From assembly GCA_019828565.1 (NCBI GenBank), contig JAHDYR010000007.1, forward strand, positions 729,333-793,332: a stretch of 64,000 nt of DNA, in the 5' to 3' direction. Under the pieces are notes generated by a model that worked only from the letters and a program-made list of their open reading frames with translations, was not told where the DNA came from and ran no database searches. This document shows, one piece after another, positions 63,379-64,000 of the stretch. The translations under genes were made by a program, and so were the position numbers. Position 1 is the stretch's first letter, and every line of letters begins with the position of its first letter. Origin of the DNA: Carpediemonas membranifera BICM. Lineage: Eukaryota; Protista; Fornicata.

Positions 63379-63865
63379 GGATGTTTGGGATAGTTTCACG
63401 AAGCGGTGAACAAGTGGAGACGATTGGGGGCCCTTACGTCCATAGCGTATCGCATCGCATCTTCGAACGCGAATCAAGATGCAGAGTTTGACGAAGGCAG
63501 AAAATCGGGCGTAATTTCGCCGTCACGAGCGGCATGCCCTGAAAACAGCGCAGCTCAGCTCCCAGAGGCATCAATCAAATTCCGCAGTTTATGCATCAGC
63601 CTTAGCCTGCACTTTTCCATCGATTACAACGTGACGTTTCGATTCTGCGCGCATAAACTGCACCAACTAAACTGCGCGGTGTTTGGAATGGGAATTCGGA
63701 TGGGAAGTGGAGGATGTTCGAGGATTGCTGTAATCAGTACATGCAATGCTGCTCAGATGATGCAGACAGGCGGCTGAGGCATCGTCCTGGGCAATGGTCA
63801 GCATGATCGTTGCCACAAACTGCACATTTATACAAAGCACCGCCAGCCACTCCAGCGGCCCCCTC

Positions 63866-64000
63866 TCACTCCTCTGAAGCCGCCAGGTAGTCGCCGATCT
63901 CATCCTGCACGGCGATGCACTTCTCGATGGCTCTGATGTAAACGATCGGATAGTGGTGAAGCACGCACGCCTTATGGACGATGATTCGACCAAATGACTC
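63866..64000 (-). CDS. 3' end of a class 3 lipase paralog (continues beyond the window)
   Basis: ESFGRIIVHKACVLHHYPIVYIRAIE versus ESFGKLVVHKSCLIHHHPLVYIRAIE in 28462-30066. Confidence 0.75.
   Translation of the reverse strand, partial: ESFGRIIVHKACVLHHYPIVYIRAIEKCIAVQDEIGDYLAASEE

Overview
Gene-dense eukaryotic DNA with short intergenic spacers and mostly 28-32 nt spliceosomal introns. It carries several bacterial-type metabolic genes and an expanded RCC1-repeat family. These traits suggest a free-living anaerobic metamonad (Carpediemonas-like); this is an inference, not a search result. Housekeeping genes include importin-alpha, a PTP, a USP, ZC3H15/TMA46, SF1/BBP, a Rad21/Rec8 kleisin, TRAPPC9, an ABCA transporter, a CNNM protein, an Afi1-like protein, a RhoGEF and XPG. 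The main discovery is a family of Fanzor1 (eukaryotic TnpB-like, RNA-guided RuvC nuclease) mobile elements at four places: a full-length 2.3 kb copy (43587-45893), an internally deleted twin (2660-4048), a divergent subfamily (~4085-5999) and a short remnant (~53613-53735). The three bounded copies have terminal DIRECT repeats, no evident terminal inverted repeats and no transposase. The twin copies also lack a target-site duplication and both lie directly after TTTA(G), a candidate TAM/target motif. All nuclease ORFs here are disrupted. Other notable items: a sugar-binding-protein/7TM receptor fusion, a secreted MACPF protein, a triplicated bacterial-type SDR that has gained an intron, an AKR gene split by an RCC1-gene fragment, a 2.07 kb duplication that ends inside two paralogous lipases, GC-AG introns and a highly structured 201-nt intron.
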